Origin: Promethearchaeota archaeon
GTDB lineage: Archaea; Asgardarchaeota; Lokiarchaeia; Sigyniarchaeales; SOKP01
Direction: 5' to 3'
Assembly: GCA_016839555.1 (NCBI GenBank)
Contig: JAEOUA010000001.1
Location: forward strand, 1 to 64,000
Length of the DNA stretch: 64,000 nt
A program made the position numbers and the translations under genes. The notes under the pieces were generated by a model. The model searched no databases, had not been told where the DNA came from, and saw only the letters and a list, made by a program, of their open reading frames with translations. The stretch's first letter is position 1. The number at the start of each line of letters is the position of its first letter. Positions 61,065-64,000 of the stretch are shown in pieces.

Positions 61065-62867
61065 ATGCCTATAAAAAAAGATGATGATTATCAAGTAAAT
61101 GAAAATAAACGTTGGTTCAAAAAATGGTGGCCAGAGAACGTTCCGCATAATATTAAATTCGAGGAAAAAACTATTAATGAACTTCTTGATGAACAAGTGG
61201 GGAAATATGGAGATCAGAACTTTCTGTGGTTCCTGGAAACCTGGGTGACTTATAAGCAATTTCATGATTATGTTAAAAAACTTGCTACTTCCCTCCACGC
61301 ATTAGGTGTTAGAAAAGGCGATGTGGTTGCGCTTCATCTTCCAAATTCGATTCAATATATCGTAAGCTATTTTGCTATTACAAGAATAGGAGCCATCGCG
61401 AGTGGAATAAATCCTACCTATCAACCGATGGAAATTCTTCATCAGCTCCATATTATTAAGCCTAAAATGCTTATTGTGTTAGATGCATTATATGAACCTT
61501 ATTTAAAGCCAATAATAGACAAAGCAAACATAGAAATCCTTGCCTATACGAATGTAGCAGATTTAGCTCATGGATTAGGTTTTAAAAGAGTCTTAGGAAA
61601 ACTTCTTGGAAAAATACCCAAAGGTAAGGTGGATTATCCAGGAGCAATTAAATTTATGGATCTTTTTGATACAGAACCTAAGGTTCCAAAAGTAGAGATA
61701 GACGTGAAAACCCATCCAGTAACCTATATCATGACAGGAGGTACTACTGGTTTACCAAAAGCAGCAGTATTAACCCATTTCAATGCGGTTTCTAATGCTA
61801 TTCAATGCAAGTATTGGTTAGGGGGAGAACAACCAGGTCTAGGAAGTGTGGGAGTGTTACCCCTCTTTCACAGTTTTGCTCATACTGTTGTTATGAATAC
61901 TACACTAGCTTTTGGAGGATGGATTATGTTGTTTCCGAGACCTCCAAGCACGGAAGAATTATTAGAGACGATTGAAGAACTACCTTCCCCTCAAGGATTA
62001 GTTTATGCTGGGGCAGAAATTTTATTCAAACGATTAGCCGAGTTTGAAGATATAAAGGATTTTCCTGGTGTGATGGGGAAGCTTAAATTATGTGTATCTG
62101 GAGCAGGACCACTTCATAGACCTGTAAGAGACGCATTCGTTCAAAATACAGGTGGCAGAATTGTTGAAGGATATGGATTAACAGAATCAACACCAGTCGT
62201 GAGTGCAGGAAATTTATTCGGAGAGAGTCCTATTGGAGTTATTGGAATGCCTTTTCCAGGAACTGAATGGGGTATTTGGCCCGCAGATGATTTTGATAAG
62301 GGACCACTTTGCTTAGGAGATCCTGATGATACAAAATTTGGTGAGGAAAATACCGGAGAACTCTGTGTTCATGGCCCACAAGTTATGCTGGAGTATTTAG
62401 ATAAACCAAACGCTACTGCTGAAATTATTAGGGAATATGATGGAAAATTATGGTTATTAACTGGAGATATTGGATTTATGAATGAAGATGGAACCGTTGA
62501 ACTCAGAGATCGAAAGAAGCAACTCATAAAGTATAAAGGATATAGCGTGTATCCGAAGGAAGTGGAAGAATTACTCATGAAAAACGAGGGGATTTCAGAA
62601 GCAGCTGTTGCTGGTATTCCACATGAAGAATTTGGTGAAGCTGTAAAAGCGTGGGTTGAATTAACAGAAGGATCAACCTTAACGGTAGAGGATATCAAAG
62701 AGTGGTGCACTGCTAATATGACGCATTATAAACGTCCATATTACGTTGAAATCATAAGCGAAGTTCCTAAAAACCTGATTGGAAAGGTTCAAAGGAGGAT
62801 TCTTCAGGTAAACGATCCCCTCTACAAGAAAGTGCATGGGGAGCCACAAGAACAAGATAAAGTATAA
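61065..62867 (+). CDS. Long-chain acyl-CoA synthetase (AMP-binding family)
   Basis: MTGGTTGLPKAA, EGYGLTE, TGDIG, DRKK, PKNLIGK. Confidence 0.94.
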   Translation: MPIKKDDDYQVNENKRWFKKWWPENVPHNIKFEEKTINELLDEQVGKYGDQNFLWFLETWVTYKQFHDYVKKLATSLHALGVRKGDVVALHLPNSIQYIVSYFAITRIGAIASGINPTYQPMEILHQLHIIKPKMLIVLDALYEPYLKPIIDKANIEILAYTNVADLAHGLGFKRVLGKLLGKIPKGKVDYPGAIKFMDLFDTEPKVPKVEIDVKTHPVTYIMTGGTTGLPKAAVLTHFNAVSNAIQCKYWLGGEQPGLGSVGVLPLFHSFAHTVVMNTTLAFGGWIMLFPRPPSTEELLETIEELPSPQGLVYAGAEILFKRLAEFEDIKDFPGVMGKLKLCVSGAGPLHRPVRDAFVQNTGGRIVEGYGLTESTPVVSAGNLFGESPIGVIGMPFPGTEWGIWPADDFDKGPLCLGDPDDTKFGEENTGELCVHGPQVMLEYLDKPNATAEIIREYDGKLWLLTGDIGFMNEDGTVELRDRKKQLIKYKGYSVYPKEVEELLMKNEGISEAAVAGIPHEEFGEAVKAWVELTEGSTLTVEDIKEWCTANMTHYKRPYYVEIISEVPKNLIGKVQRRILQVNDPLYKKVHGEPQEQDKV

Positions 62868-62964
62868 AAAAGTACAAAAATTATTAAGAATTCTTTTTTC
62901 TTTTATTCTTTTTATTTATTCAAAGTCTTTTTAAAAACCAGAGTTATTTATGAAATTGAAATTT

Positions 62965-63321
62965 TTAATTTTTCTCCTTTAATTTTTGTTCAGCTAATAA
63001 CTTTTCTTCTAATTTTTCGAGTTCGTCTAATTTTGAATTTACATAATCAGCAATATGTTTAATTATATCATTCGCCTTCTTATTTTGTGCAGCAATAAAA
63101 ATGTCACTCCAGATATCCCACCCAACGATGATTGAAAGATCCTCATATATTAACTCAACTAAGATACAATCTAAATTGAATGCTGGAAAATGTCCAGCTT
63201 TAAGTCCAAATTCTTTTTGAATCATTGTCGCTAAAGGAAATAGAATAATTGGATCTGCGTCTATTTCATATTCTAGTAATCCATTGGGATTTTCACGTAA
63301 AATTGATGTTATTTTTCGCAT
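62965..63321 (-). CDS. Hypothetical protein
   Basis: 118-aa ORF with a VGWDIWS motif, convergent with the CoA ligase. Confidence 0.65.
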   Translation of the reverse strand: MRKITSILRENPNGLLEYEIDADPIILFPLATMIQKEFGLKAGHFPAFNLDCILVELIYEDLSIIVGWDIWSDIFIAAQNKKANDIIKHIADYVNSKLDELEKLEEKLLAEQKLKEKN

Positions 63322-63420
63322 AATTATTAATTATTTTTATATGATTACCAAATTTATAATTTTTTTATGGTTTTTATTTATTGACTTCACAATTTATTTT
63401 TAATATAAAAGATAGATGCT

Positions 63421-64000
63421 ATGAAAAACCCAAATATTATTTTAGTCTTCACAGACCAACAAAGATATGATACTATTCAAAAAGAAATTACTCCTAATTT
63501 ATTGCACATTGCAAAAAAGGGGATTCATTTTACTAATGCTTTTACTTGCCAACCTGTCTGCGGTCCCGCAAGGTCTTGCCTCCAAACTGGATTATATGCT
63601 ACTCAAACTGGATGTTATCGTAATGGGATTGCTTTGCCTTTAGATGCGACCACAATTGCCCATCATTTATCGAAGGCAGGTTATAATGTGGGATATATTG
63701 GTAAATGGCATTTAGCATCAACAATACTCCCTTCAAAAGAAAATATTGGTAAAAAAGTGGATTATCAAGTTAAGCCTATCCCTCCAGAGCGTAGAGGAGG
63801 TTATAAGGATTATTGGTTGGCTGCAGATCTATTAGAATTTACCTCTCAGCCATATAAAGGTCATTTATTTAATGCAGAGATGGACAAGGTGGAATTTGAA
63901 GGATATAGAGTTGATTGTTTAACCGATTTTGCCTTAAAATTTTTAGAAAAATATAAAAAAGACCAACCATTTTTTCTTTTTTTGTCATATCTCGAACCCC
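63421..64000 (+). CDS. Sulfatase-family protein, 5' part (runs off the window edge)
   Basis: MKNPNIILVFTDQQRYD, TCQPVCGPARSCLQTG (CxPxR formylglycine motif), YIGKWHL. Confidence 0.92.
   Translation, partial: MKNPNIILVFTDQQRYDTIQKEITPNLLHIAKKGIHFTNAFTCQPVCGPARSCLQTGLYATQTGCYRNGIALPLDATTIAHHLSKAGYNVGYIGKWHLASTILPSKENIGKKVDYQVKPIPPERRGGYKDYWLAADLLEFTSQPYKGHLFNAEMDKVEFEGYRVDCLTDFALKFLEKYKKDQPFFLFLSYLEP

Noticed and set aside
1337-62710. Many short antisense or overlapping ORFs in the track (e.g. 16494..17000, 19126..19713, 38815..39321, 59997..60419)
   Set aside because: Shadow frames of well-supported genes, with no motifs of their own

Overview
AT-rich archaeal DNA, almost certainly from an Asgard archaeon (Lokiarchaeia). 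The evidence is a group II chaperonin, a Loki-type profilin, and many small GTPases fused to longin/roadblock domains. Four zones. (1) 2.3-16.3 kb: a plastic surface-protein region. It has four membrane-anchored PKD + DUF285/BspA repeat genes in two convergent pairs, a 4-copy intergenic repeat, exchangeable cargo genes, a broken ParE-type toxin-antitoxin module and a stray GTPase gene fragment. (2) 16.5-27 kb: metabolic and transport genes plus a candidate structured ncRNA. (3) 27.2-49.2 kb: a 22 kb signalling island with seven small GTPases (Rag/Gtr-like and Arf-like, fused to longin/uDENN, roadblock, winged-helix and polyproline modules). They are interleaved with four cytoplasmic PAS/GAF histidine kinases and two stand-alone receivers. 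The likely connector is 45002..45679, which joins a folliculin/SMCR8-like longin domain with an intact arginine-finger motif to a histidine-less HisKA (DHp) domain. This suggests a two-component-to-small-GTPase relay. (4) 49.9-64 kb: hydrolases, a membrane-longin fusion, an HDAC-family enzyme, profilin, an ABC exporter, an acyl-CoA ligase and a partial sulfatase. No rRNA, tRNA, CRISPR array, transposase or integrase was recognised. All domain calls are by eye and have not been checked with HMM searches.
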